Assembly (NCBI GenBank): GCA_963791045.1
Contig: CAWBQK010000018.1
Location: 64,001 to 128,000, forward strand
Direction of reading: 5' to 3'
DNA from: Candidatus Latescibacterota bacterium
GTDB taxonomy: Bacteria > Krumholzibacteriota > Krumholzibacteriia > WVZY01
Length of the DNA stretch: 64,000 bases
Shown one piece after another: positions 19,618-28,476 of this stretch. The translations under genes were made by a program, and so were the position numbers. Positions within the stretch are counted from its first letter, which is position 1, and each line of letters starts with the position of its first letter. The notes beneath the pieces were generated by a model, which saw only the letters and a program-made list of their open reading frames with translations, was not told the origin of the DNA and searched no databases.

Positions 19618-22600
19618 ATGGTTGGCAAGTCAATACTCCATTACACAATCGTCGAGAAAATCGGCCAGGGTGGAATGGGTGTGGTTTACAAGGCCGAAGA
19701 CACCCGGCTCAAGCGAACCGTCGCCCTCAAATTTCTCCTCCCGCACATCCTGTCGAGCGACGAGGAGAAGTCACGCTTTGTCCACGAGGCCCAGGCGGCC
19801 GCAGCGCTTCATCATCCCAATATCTGCACGATCTACGAAATCAATGAGGCCGACGATCAGACCTTTATCTCGATGGCGTACCTCGAGGGAGAGGGGCTCA
19901 ATGAGCGGATCGATCGCGGAAGGCTCAAACCCGTCGAGGCGGTCCGGATCGCGTTGCAGTTGGCAAGGGGTTTGAAGGCGGCGCACGAAAAGAACATCGT
20001 TCACCGGGATATCAAGTCTTCCAACATAATGGTGGCCGTCGACGGCCGTGCGACGATAATGGATTTCGGTCTGGCGAAATCCGTCAAGCAAACCCACGCG
20101 ACACAGCGGGGAGCTCAGGTCGGAACCATTGCGTACATGTCGCCGGAACAAACCCGCGGGGATGCCGTCGATCACCGGACGGACATATGGGCGCTCGGTG
20201 TTCTGCTCTACGAAATGGTTGGCGGCCGGCGGCCTTTTGTGGGTGATTATGACGAAGCGGTCATCTATTCGATCCTCAACGAAGAAGCGGAACCGCTCGA
20301 CGCGTTGGCTCCTGACGCGCCCGAGGATATCTGGATAGCCGTTCGTCGCGCCATCGCCAAAAGCCCCGATAATCGTTATCAGACGACGAATGAACTGGTC
20401 GAAGATCTCGAAATACTCTACGACGACCTGCGCACGGGAACGTCGACCCGCCGCAGGGTGCTTCACGCGAGCCGGATCGTGCAGCCAAAAAAACCGGTCA
20501 CAAAAACGTGGTTCTCCTCACGCGTGTTTTCGACACTCGCCATTTATCTCGTTGCTTCATGGTTTCTCGTGCGCGCCATAGGTTGGGTGGCGGGCCGGAT
20601 GGAGTTTTCTCCGCGGTGGGCCGATGTGGCGCTTATCGGATTTCTTTCACTCATACCGACGGTGTGGATACTTGCCGCGCGTGACCGCGCCGTGCCGCGG
20701 ATCTGGCGGCGTGTCGTCAAGGTAGGTATCCCGGCCAATCTTGTCGCCACGGCAGTATTGCTCGTTGCATTGTTCGCGGGCCGCGATTTGGGCGCGACGA
20801 CAAAACGCGTAACGGTCCTCGACGAGGAGGGAAAACCGATCGAACGGATGGTGGCGAAAAGCGAGTACAGAAAAAGCCTCCTCGTGTTCTACCTCGACAG
20901 CAGGATGGAAGACACCACGAAACTCTGGGTTGGCGGCGGGATGATGCTCCTTCTCCAGGTGGATCTCTACCAGGACGGATATGTCTACGCGATGTCGAGT
21001 ATTGACCAGCAATTTCGACGGCAGGTCCGTGACGCGGGCTTCTCCTCGTGGTTCGACGCGCCGTGGAGCCTCAAGCGACAGACGGCCGAACGAGCGCACC
21101 TGGATTATCTGGTTACGGGGTCGTTTGAGTTCGAGGACAGCGCGTTGGTGGTGGAGTTGCTTCTCCATGAGTCACAGAGTGGCCGACTGGTGATGCAGCG
21201 TGAGTTTCGCGGAGAGAGTATCTTCGAAGTAACCGATGAAGCGAGTGTCGCGCTGAGACGTGCGATGGGGTTTTCCGAGGGTCACATCGACGCAATTCGG
21301 GATCTTCCGGTCTCCGAAATTTTTACAGGGTCCGTTCCCGCCGTGAGACACATGTGCCTCGGTATGTTTGGCGCGTTGAGTCTGGGTGACTGGGCGGCCG
21401 GCGTGGAAGAACTAGAGCTGAGCGTTGCCGAGGACCCGACGTTTGCGTGGGGCCATTTTACGCTGAACCAGCTCTATATGGCAAACAATGTGGCTGACAA
21501 GGCCGACGGTTCGATGCAATTGGCGATGCGTCACATTTACAGACTCCCCGAGCGGATGCAGTTTATGCTCAAGTCCGCGTATTACGATCATGTCGGTGAT
21601 CCCGAGAAGCGGCTCGCGGTCGTGCAAATGATGACCGAGCTGTATCCCGAAGACCTTACTGCACGGATGATGTTGGCGGATCTGAGATTGCGGCGCGATG
21701 AAAGAGCGCTGGCGATCGAACAATTCGAGGCGATTTTGGAAATCGACCCGTCGCGAACAGAATTCATGTCTCAAATCGGAGAACAGTATCGGGAGATGGG
21801 ACGGTTTGATGACGCACGCCGGGTTTACGACGAGTATCTTCTCCGTTTTCCAAACGATGGGGCGGTCTGGCACGCACGCGGGCTCGTTGACGAGGTCGAG
21901 GGCAGGTATGAAGACGCGTTGGCTCACTATGAGAAAACGCTGGTTCTCGATCCCAACAATTCCGGCGTACTGTGCGATATCGGAGATATCGAGGGAAAAA
22001 TCGGCGATGACATCAAGGCGCTCGAGATGTTCGACAGAGCGATGGAAGTTGCCAACACGCCGCAGGACCGTGCGCGCGTCCATGAGTCGCTCCAAAGATT
22101 CCACATGCATCGAGGGCAAACAGATTTGGCGATCAGGGATTTGTATGCCTGGTGGGATGAACGTGCGAAATACCTTCCTCCGGTCGTCGCGGAGATGGAA
22201 AAACTCGGGGATTTGGGTCAGTTTGTGAGAGCGGGGAAAACACAGACCGCTTTAGACGAATACGAATTGATCGCATCGCGTGTCGTGCCGCCTTTCGATG
22301 GAATGCTCCCGCTCGGACGAATGGCAATCTACTTTGAGCTCGAAGAGCCGGACAGTATCGAGACCGCGGTGAGGAGTCTGCGGATTTACATTGCGGATAA
22401 CCAGGCTGAGTTTCTCAGGGATGACGTCGATTGGGCCGAAGGGGTGATGGAAGAAGCGAGGGGTAATTATGAATCGGCAATCCGGGCATACGAGCGCAAA
22501 CTGGAAATCGATCCAACGGAGGCCGGCGTTTACCGCTTCATCGGAAGGTGCTACAGAAAACTTGGGCGGTACGATGAGGCAATAGAATCGCTGGAACGGG

Positions 22601-22776
22601 TACTAGCTGTTTATCCAAAACGAGGCCCGTCGAACTATGAGCTCGCCCTCGTGTACTGGGAATTGGGCGATAGGGCAAGGGCGCATGAACATCTCGAGAA
22701 AGCGCTCGAACGATGGAAGGACGCCGACCCCGATTTCGAACCGGCGAACGAAGCGAGACAAAGATTGTCCGAATGA
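19618..22776 (+). CDS. Hanks-type Ser/Thr protein kinase with 3 TM segments, TolB_N-like domain and C-terminal TPR array
   Basis: IGQGGMGVVY, VALKFL, HRDIKSSN, DFG, GTIAYMSPE, DIWALG. Hydrophobic helices follow the kinase, then a KSLLVFYLD... TolB_N-like segment and many TPRs. Confidence 0.95.
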   Translation: MVGKSILHYTIVEKIGQGGMGVVYKAEDTRLKRTVALKFLLPHILSSDEEKSRFVHEAQAAAALHHPNICTIYEINEADDQTFISMAYLEGEGLNERIDRGRLKPVEAVRIALQLARGLKAAHEKNIVHRDIKSSNIMVAVDGRATIMDFGLAKSVKQTHATQRGAQVGTIAYMSPEQTRGDAVDHRTDIWALGVLLYEMVGGRRPFVGDYDEAVIYSILNEEAEPLDALAPDAPEDIWIAVRRAIAKSPDNRYQTTNELVEDLEILYDDLRTGTSTRRRVLHASRIVQPKKPVTKTWFSSRVFSTLAIYLVASWFLVRAIGWVAGRMEFSPRWADVALIGFLSLIPTVWILAARDRAVPRIWRRVVKVGIPANLVATAVLLVALFAGRDLGATTKRVTVLDEEGKPIERMVAKSEYRKSLLVFYLDSRMEDTTKLWVGGGMMLLLQVDLYQDGYVYAMSSIDQQFRRQVRDAGFSSWFDAPWSLKRQTAERAHLDYLVTGSFEFEDSALVVELLLHESQSGRLVMQREFRGESIFEVTDEASVALRRAMGFSEGHIDAIRDLPVSEIFTGSVPAVRHMCLGMFGALSLGDWAAGVEELELSVAEDPTFAWGHFTLNQLYMANNVADKADGSMQLAMRHIYRLPERMQFMLKSAYYDHVGDPEKRLAVVQMMTELYPEDLTARMMLADLRLRRDERALAIEQFEAILEIDPSRTEFMSQIGEQYREMGRFDDARRVYDEYLLRFPNDGAVWHARGLVDEVEGRYEDALAHYEKTLVLDPNNSGVLCDIGDIEGKIGDDIKALEMFDRAMEVANTPQDRARVHESLQRFHMHRGQTDLAIRDLYAWWDERAKYLPPVVAEMEKLGDLGQFVRAGKTQTALDEYELIASRVVPPFDGMLPLGRMAIYFELEEPDSIETAVRSLRIYIADNQAEFLRDDVDWAEGVMEEARGNYESAIRAYERKLEIDPTEAGVYRFIGRCYRKLGRYDEAIESLERVLAVYPKRGPSNYELALVYWELGDRARAHEHLEKALERWKDADPDFEPANEARQRLSE

Positions 22777-22843
22777 GACTCGCGATAGAGTCAATTGCCG
22801 GGCCGGCAAGGCTTGCAGCCGCGGCAAACAATCCTTCTCTGGG

Positions 22844-23863
22844 CTACGGCTCCTCCAATACTTCGACGAGGAGCTTCCCACGATTCGATCCATCGAAGAG
22901 TCTGTTGAGTGACTCGGGCGCGTTTTCGAGACCTTTGACCACATCAACACGGTACTTGATCTTGCCCTGTGAATGCCAGGCTACGAGTTCCTTCACCGCT
23001 TCGTGCGCGCGATCGTAATAATCAAAAACTATGAAACCCTCGAGGCGTGCGCGCTTGGTTATCGCGTTGGCCAGAAAATACGGTCCGGGCATCGGTTTGT
23101 CGAGGTTGTACTGGGAGATCATTCCGCACATGACGATCCGCGCTTTGAGATTGATGGACGCGAGGGCCGCGTCAAGAATTTCGCCCCCGACGTTGTCGAA
23201 AAACACATCGATTCCATCTCTGCAGTGGCGTTTGAGACCTCGCAATACCGACGAGGATTTGTAATTGATGGCAGCGTCAAACCCAAGTTCATCGGTCAAC
23301 CAAAGGCATTTCTCATCGGACCCCGCGATCCCCACGACACGGCAGCCCTTGATTTTTGCGATCTGACCGACCAGTGAGCCGACGGCACCCGCCGCCGCGG
23401 ATACGACCACCGTCTCGCCTGATTTGGGTTTTCCAATGTCGAGGAGGCCGAAGTATGCGGTGAGTCCAATGTGGCCGAGGAGGCCGAGATGCGCGGTGAG
23501 CGGTATAGTTTCGTCGTGTTCAATCTTCTCGACGCCGGCGCCATCCGACAGGGCGAAGGTTTGCCAGCCGAAAAGTCCCTGCACGATGTCTCCGATTTTG
23601 AAATCGGCATGCCGGGACTCTTCGACGACGCCCAGCGCGAAACCACGCATCACGTCGCCGATCTTGACGGCTGGAAGGTACGAAGGGGTGGAGTTTGCCC
23701 ACACTCGGTTGGTGGGATCCAAAGAAAGGTAAATGTTGCGAACAAGAATGTGCCCGTCTTCGGGCGAAGGAATGCGCTCTGCATGCCAAGAAAAGTTATC
23801 CGGACTAATAGCTCCGTCCGGACGGGCGGCGAGCTGCCATTGCCGGTTGGTTCGGTCGGACAT
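22844..23863 (-). CDS. NADP-dependent oxidoreductase (prostaglandin reductase/CurA-like, MDR superfamily)
   Basis: YLSLDP, GLTAYFGL, VVSAAAGAVGSLVGQIAK, DVFFDNVGG, CGMISQYN, GSNRGK. Confidence 0.95.
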   Translation of the reverse strand: MSDRTNRQWQLAARPDGAISPDNFSWHAERIPSPEDGHILVRNIYLSLDPTNRVWANSTPSYLPAVKIGDVMRGFALGVVEESRHADFKIGDIVQGLFGWQTFALSDGAGVEKIEHDETIPLTAHLGLLGHIGLTAYFGLLDIGKPKSGETVVVSAAAGAVGSLVGQIAKIKGCRVVGIAGSDEKCLWLTDELGFDAAINYKSSSVLRGLKRHCRDGIDVFFDNVGGEILDAALASINLKARIVMCGMISQYNLDKPMPGPYFLANAITKRARLEGFIVFDYYDRAHEAVKELVAWHSQGKIKYRVDVVKGLENAPESLNRLFDGSNRGKLLVEVLEEP

Positions 23864-23914
23864 GGGGACGCTCCGTGAGATCGGGGTTCGTTTTGTCGGT
23901 CGTTTGAAGGGAGT

Positions 23915-25501
23915 CTATGCCACTTCGCTGCGTCGCAACAAGATAAGAGTGACATCGTCCGAATTTGGCTGAGCGCCCAGAAACGCGCTCACCGCTGTGA
24001 TTATCCCTTCGCGTATCGCGGGAAGCGGATCCCTGTGTTTTCCGGAGAGGATGATTTCTACGGGTTCGATTCCAAGGAATGTTTCACCGTTGGTTGTTGC
24101 TTCCGGAATACCGTCGCTGACCACCATAAGAAGGTCTCCAGGCTCGATCGTTGTTTCGCCGCTGTCGATGATGAGGTCCTCGATCATCGCAACCGGCATC
24201 CCCGTCGGTTCGAGTTTTTCCATCGTCCGGTTTTTGCGGAGCAGCAGTGGCGGCTCGTGACCCGCGTTGACATAACGCAGTTGTCCCGTGTCTCCGTCGA
24301 GTTCTCCGAGAAAGAGAGTGATGAACTGTTCCTCGCTAAAACTCTTGAAGAGCTGCTTGTGAAGACGCTTTGTCAGGTCGACAAGTTCGAGATCGATTTC
24401 GGCGAGTAGCCCGATCGAAACGATGGCGGCGCTCATGGCGAGCGCGGCGGGCGTGCCTTTTCCCGAAACATCGCCCAGCGCGAACAAGACCTTGCCGTCC
24501 GGTCGCTCGATACAATGGTACAGGTCACCACCGACGGATCGGCACATGACCTGGTGCGCGTCGATTTCGTATCCGGCCGGAACATCGAGAGAACTGGGAA
24601 GCATTGTTCGCTGGATTCTCTCGGCGACCTTGAGTTCGCTCTCGAGACTCAGGTTGCGGAGCTTCACCGCGACGGCGTTCGCAGTCGCCGTCAGTACTTC
24701 GATATCCGCGTGGGAGTACTGAACGTTGGTGTCGGCCGTGTCGACGTATATGATGCCTCTCACTCGTTCATTGTCAAAGAGCGGGGCCGCCATGGCGGAA
24801 CGGAGACTCAACGCCATGATGCTCTGCTGACCTACATAATTGGGGTCTTCCTTGGGATTGGCAACGAGTACGGATTCACGCTGTCGGATGACCTGTCCGA
24901 CGATGGTCGAACTCAGATGGAGCGGCGCCCCATCGTCCTGATCCTGCGTCCATCTCGCCGCGGCCTCGATCGAGGTGGCCTCGCCCTTGTCTTTCAATAG
25001 AACAACACGGTCCGCGGAAACGCACTGGGCCACGAATCGGCAGGCGGCTTCTTCGACCTCTTCCGTGTTTTGTCCCGAAGCGAGAAGTTCGAAGAGTTGT
25101 GAGCTCTGCTCCATGATTCGATCGCGAGCAGCGTTCGAGTATCCTTCCTTCGGGTTGTAACTCATCATGCTGCTGACCTGGTCGGGCCGGACAAACGTGG
25201 TGTTGAGCGGAGACGCCGTTCCGGCCAGTTTCAAGATCGCGCCGCCAAAATTGATGATCGCCGTCGACGGTACCTCGACTTCCGTTTGTCCGACGCGCTC
25301 CCCGGAGATGTCGGTGCCGTTCGTGCTTCCCAGGTCGCGGACAAAAATCTTGTCTCCATCAATCCGAACGACAGCGTGATATTTGCTGACGCGCGCCATG
25401 GGGATGCGGACGACATTGTCACCGGCGCGGCCGACACTATGTTCTCCGTCGCCGAGGTGATAAGGAAGCGTACGGTCTTCCCAGGAAAGATCGAATTTCA
25501 T
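23915..25501 (-). CDS. FHA-GAF-SpoIIE (PP2C-type) Ser/Thr phosphatase
   Basis: FHA motifs VGR, VSKYHA, DLGSTNGT; GAF SAMAAPL...GIIYVD; PP2C VGGDLY, GDVSGKG, NAGHEPP, SDGIPEA, DDVT. GGAG RBS before ATG 25501. Confidence 0.93.
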   Translation of the reverse strand: MKFDLSWEDRTLPYHLGDGEHSVGRAGDNVVRIPMARVSKYHAVVRIDGDKIFVRDLGSTNGTDISGERVGQTEVEVPSTAIINFGGAILKLAGTASPLNTTFVRPDQVSSMMSYNPKEGYSNAARDRIMEQSSQLFELLASGQNTEEVEEAACRFVAQCVSADRVVLLKDKGEATSIEAAARWTQDQDDGAPLHLSSTIVGQVIRQRESVLVANPKEDPNYVGQQSIMALSLRSAMAAPLFDNERVRGIIYVDTADTNVQYSHADIEVLTATANAVAVKLRNLSLESELKVAERIQRTMLPSSLDVPAGYEIDAHQVMCRSVGGDLYHCIERPDGKVLFALGDVSGKGTPAALAMSAAIVSIGLLAEIDLELVDLTKRLHKQLFKSFSEEQFITLFLGELDGDTGQLRYVNAGHEPPLLLRKNRTMEKLEPTGMPVAMIEDLIIDSGETTIEPGDLLMVVSDGIPEATTNGETFLGIEPVEIILSGKHRDPLPAIREGIITAVSAFLGAQPNSDDVTLILLRRSEVA

Positions 25502-25792
25502 CTTATATGACTCCGTTAATGATAAATCAGTGACACAAAATTGACGAGCGGTCGATATGCAAATCCGCCTCATTAGTTTGTGAAATCACGAACAAGCTAT
25601 TCGAATTGAACAAGTTATACAATAATTGATTGGCATCTTGAACGCGAATACAATATTTTTCAATCTGAGTTTATCTATTATAGAGGAATCAGCAGCACTT
25701 CAACGAAATCAGTTTTTAAAGACCGGCACACCGCCATCATCGACGGTGTGTAGTCGCATTGAACACGATCGCAACCGGAGGAAATCCACAGA

Positions 25793-28471
25793 ATGATCGG
25801 CAAGAAACTTTCACACTACGAAGTCATCGAGAAGATAGGCGCTGGTGGAATGGGCGAAGTGTACCGCGCCCGCGACACAAAGCTGGGGCGTGACGTCGCA
25901 CTCAAGATTTTGCCTGAGGTTTTTGCGAATGACACCGAGCGACTTGGGCGATTCGAGCGGGAAGCGCAATTGCTTGCTTCGCTCAACCACCCAAACATAG
26001 CGTCGATTTATGGTCTGGAACAATCGGGCTCCCACAAGTTCCTCGTTCTCGAATTGGTCGAAGGCGATGATCTGTCCAAACGTCTCGCGTCCGGACCGCT
26101 CTCGATCGAAGACGCATTGACCGTTGCGAGACAAATATGTGACGGCCTCGAAGCCGCTCACGACCAGGGTGTAATCCACAGAGATTTGAAACCGGGTAAC
26201 GTAGTCGCGAATGCGGACGGCGATGTCAAGGTTCTTGATTTTGGTCTTGCGAAAGCCCTCGACACGGAAGTGTCCGGTGTTTCCGATCTGTCGCAGTCGC
26301 CGACGATTATGACTGGCGCAACCATGCACGGCGTGATCCTGGGTACCGCGGCATATATGAGTCCGGAGCAGGCCAGGGGAAAGCGTGTCGACAGGCGGGC
26401 GGATATCTGGGCGTTTGGCTGCGTGCTTTTTGACATGCTCGCCGGCCAGCAGGCATTCAGCGGTGAAACCGTGTCGGACACGCTTGCATCGGTGCTCGCA
26501 CGTGAACCCGATTGGGACAGGGTTCCAAAGAATACACCGGCGGCGATCCAGCGGCTTCTCCACCGCTGTCTGACAAAGGATCCCAAACAGCGTCTTCGCG
26601 ATATTGGTGAAGCGAGGATTATTATAGACGCGGTGAGAAGGGGCGAAATTAGTGATCCGGTGGTGGCATCAGAGCCCGCCGCATCGGTCAAGAAGACAAA
26701 ACCGATCGTGTCCTGGACGATTGCCGCTGTATTCGCCATGGTTAGCCTTTTATCGCTCGCGGCATACGTTCGTAAGGCGCCGGAAGAGCCAAACGTGATT
26801 CGTGCGCTGATCCCTCCCCCCGATGAATCATCGTTCGAGCTCAGTTCCGTTCACCCGGGACCCGTGGCGATTTCGAATGATGGAACAAAGTTGGCGTTCA
26901 CGGCGCGAAACCCCGCGGGGGCCGTGGTTTTATGGGTTCGACCGCTTGATGAACTCGAGGCGCGACCGTTCCCAGGAACCGAGGGCGCCGGTTATCCGTT
27001 CTGGTCGCCCGACGGGAAATCCATTGGATTTTTTGCTAACGCCAAGCTCAAAAGGGTAGATTCGTCAGGTGGCCCGCCGTTGACCCTTTGTGATGCTTCG
27101 GTGGGAAAGGGAGGCACATGGAGCGAGGACGACGTTATTCTCCTCGCGCCGTCGTTCAACGGCCCAATTCACCGTGTGTCGGCGGCCGGTGGCGAATCGA
27201 CGCCGGTGACTGAAGTCGACGCGTCGCGTGGGGAAAACTCCCACCGTTTTCCTGTGTTTCTCCCTGGTGGAAACCGATTTTTGTATTTCGCCAGAGCGAC
27301 GGGGGCCGCGGCGGCCTCGGACGATGCTTCGGGCAGTATGATTTATGCCGGTTCTCTCGATGGGGAAGCGTCCAGGAGTCTGTTCCGGTGCCAGTCCCAG
27401 GTCACCTTCGCCTCGGGACACCTGTTGTTTGTTCGGGAGAACGCGCTGATGGCCCGGCCTTTCGATTCTGAAAGCGCCGAGTTTACCGGCGACGCGTTTC
27501 CGATTGTCGACCAGGTGAATTTTCTCCCGGCGGCATCGCGCGGAATATTTGATGCGTCGCAAAACGGGCAGCTAATTTATCTGGCGGGGGCGGCCACACC
27601 GGGAAGCAAACTAAAGTGGCTGGATCGGAATGGAAAAGACATCGAGATTCTCGGCGACCTGGCGACGTATGACGAACCTTCAATTTCGCCGGACGGAAAA
27701 AAGGTCGCCGTCGTAGTTACCGATCCGCGGAATTCTACCTGGGATGTGTGGGTGTACGAAGCGTCGCGAGGGGTACGCACCCGGTTCACATTCGGGCCTG
27801 ACGCGTTGAACGGAAACCCCATCTGGTCGCCCGACGGCTCACGTTTGATTTATCGATCGGATCGTGCCGCCAAAGCCAATCTCTATTCGAAGGCGTTCGC
27901 CGGTTCGGCAACCGAAGAGCTCATTTTGGACACCGACGAGCCCAAGGGGCCGACGAGCTATAGCCGAGACGGTAAGTACCTGCTTTTTAGTTCGTACGCG
28001 ACCGACACCAAGGCTGATGTGTGGATAATGTCCATGGAGGGTGAGACGGACATCCAGCCTCTTCTCAGAACTGAGTTTATGGAAGGCGGGGCGGTGTTTT
28101 CTCCTGATGGTAAGTGGGTCGCGTATTCGTCGGATGAATCGGGACGGTTCGAAGTGTATGTCATGCCGTTTCCCGGACCCGGTCGCAAATGGCAGGTCTC
28201 GTCGGCCGGTGGTCTGACGCCGCGTTGGAGAGGAGATGGCGGCGAGTTGTACTTTCAGACTCTCAACAATCAAATAAAGGCGGTCTCGCTTGGATACCAG
28301 GACTCCGCGTTGATTGTCGGGGCTGATGAAGAGTTGTTCCAGTTTCCGACGGGACGTGGGTATGACGTTTCGGCTGACGGACAGAAATTCCTGGTCGTAG
28401 ACGAAGAGGATCGTGTGTTTTCACCGTTGACACTGGTGGTCAACTGGACTGCTGAACTCGAGGACGAATAA
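25793..28471 (+). CDS. Ser/Thr protein kinase, single TM, extracellular TolB/PD40 beta-propellers
   Basis: IGAGGMGEVY, VALKIL, HRDLKPGN, DFGLAK, GTAAYMSPE; TM WTIAAVFAMVSLLSLAAYV; repeated (W/F)SPDG blades; GGAGG RBS. Confidence 0.95.
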   Translation: MIGKKLSHYEVIEKIGAGGMGEVYRARDTKLGRDVALKILPEVFANDTERLGRFEREAQLLASLNHPNIASIYGLEQSGSHKFLVLELVEGDDLSKRLASGPLSIEDALTVARQICDGLEAAHDQGVIHRDLKPGNVVANADGDVKVLDFGLAKALDTEVSGVSDLSQSPTIMTGATMHGVILGTAAYMSPEQARGKRVDRRADIWAFGCVLFDMLAGQQAFSGETVSDTLASVLAREPDWDRVPKNTPAAIQRLLHRCLTKDPKQRLRDIGEARIIIDAVRRGEISDPVVASEPAASVKKTKPIVSWTIAAVFAMVSLLSLAAYVRKAPEEPNVIRALIPPPDESSFELSSVHPGPVAISNDGTKLAFTARNPAGAVVLWVRPLDELEARPFPGTEGAGYPFWSPDGKSIGFFANAKLKRVDSSGGPPLTLCDASVGKGGTWSEDDVILLAPSFNGPIHRVSAAGGESTPVTEVDASRGENSHRFPVFLPGGNRFLYFARATGAAAASDDASGSMIYAGSLDGEASRSLFRCQSQVTFASGHLLFVRENALMARPFDSESAEFTGDAFPIVDQVNFLPAASRGIFDASQNGQLIYLAGAATPGSKLKWLDRNGKDIEILGDLATYDEPSISPDGKKVAVVVTDPRNSTWDVWVYEASRGVRTRFTFGPDALNGNPIWSPDGSRLIYRSDRAAKANLYSKAFAGSATEELILDTDEPKGPTSYSRDGKYLLFSSYATDTKADVWIMSMEGETDIQPLLRTEFMEGGAVFSPDGKWVAYSSDESGRFEVYVMPFPGPGRKWQVSSAGGLTPRWRGDGGELYFQTLNNQIKAVSLGYQDSALIVGADEELFQFPTGRGYDVSADGQKFLVVDEEDRVFSPLTLVVNWTAELEDE

Positions 28472-28476
28472 GAATT

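Noticed and set aside
25631-25645. TGGCATCTTGAACGC as a sigma-54 promoter
   Set aside because: Spacing fits, but the -12 element (ACGC) is a poor match to TTGC.
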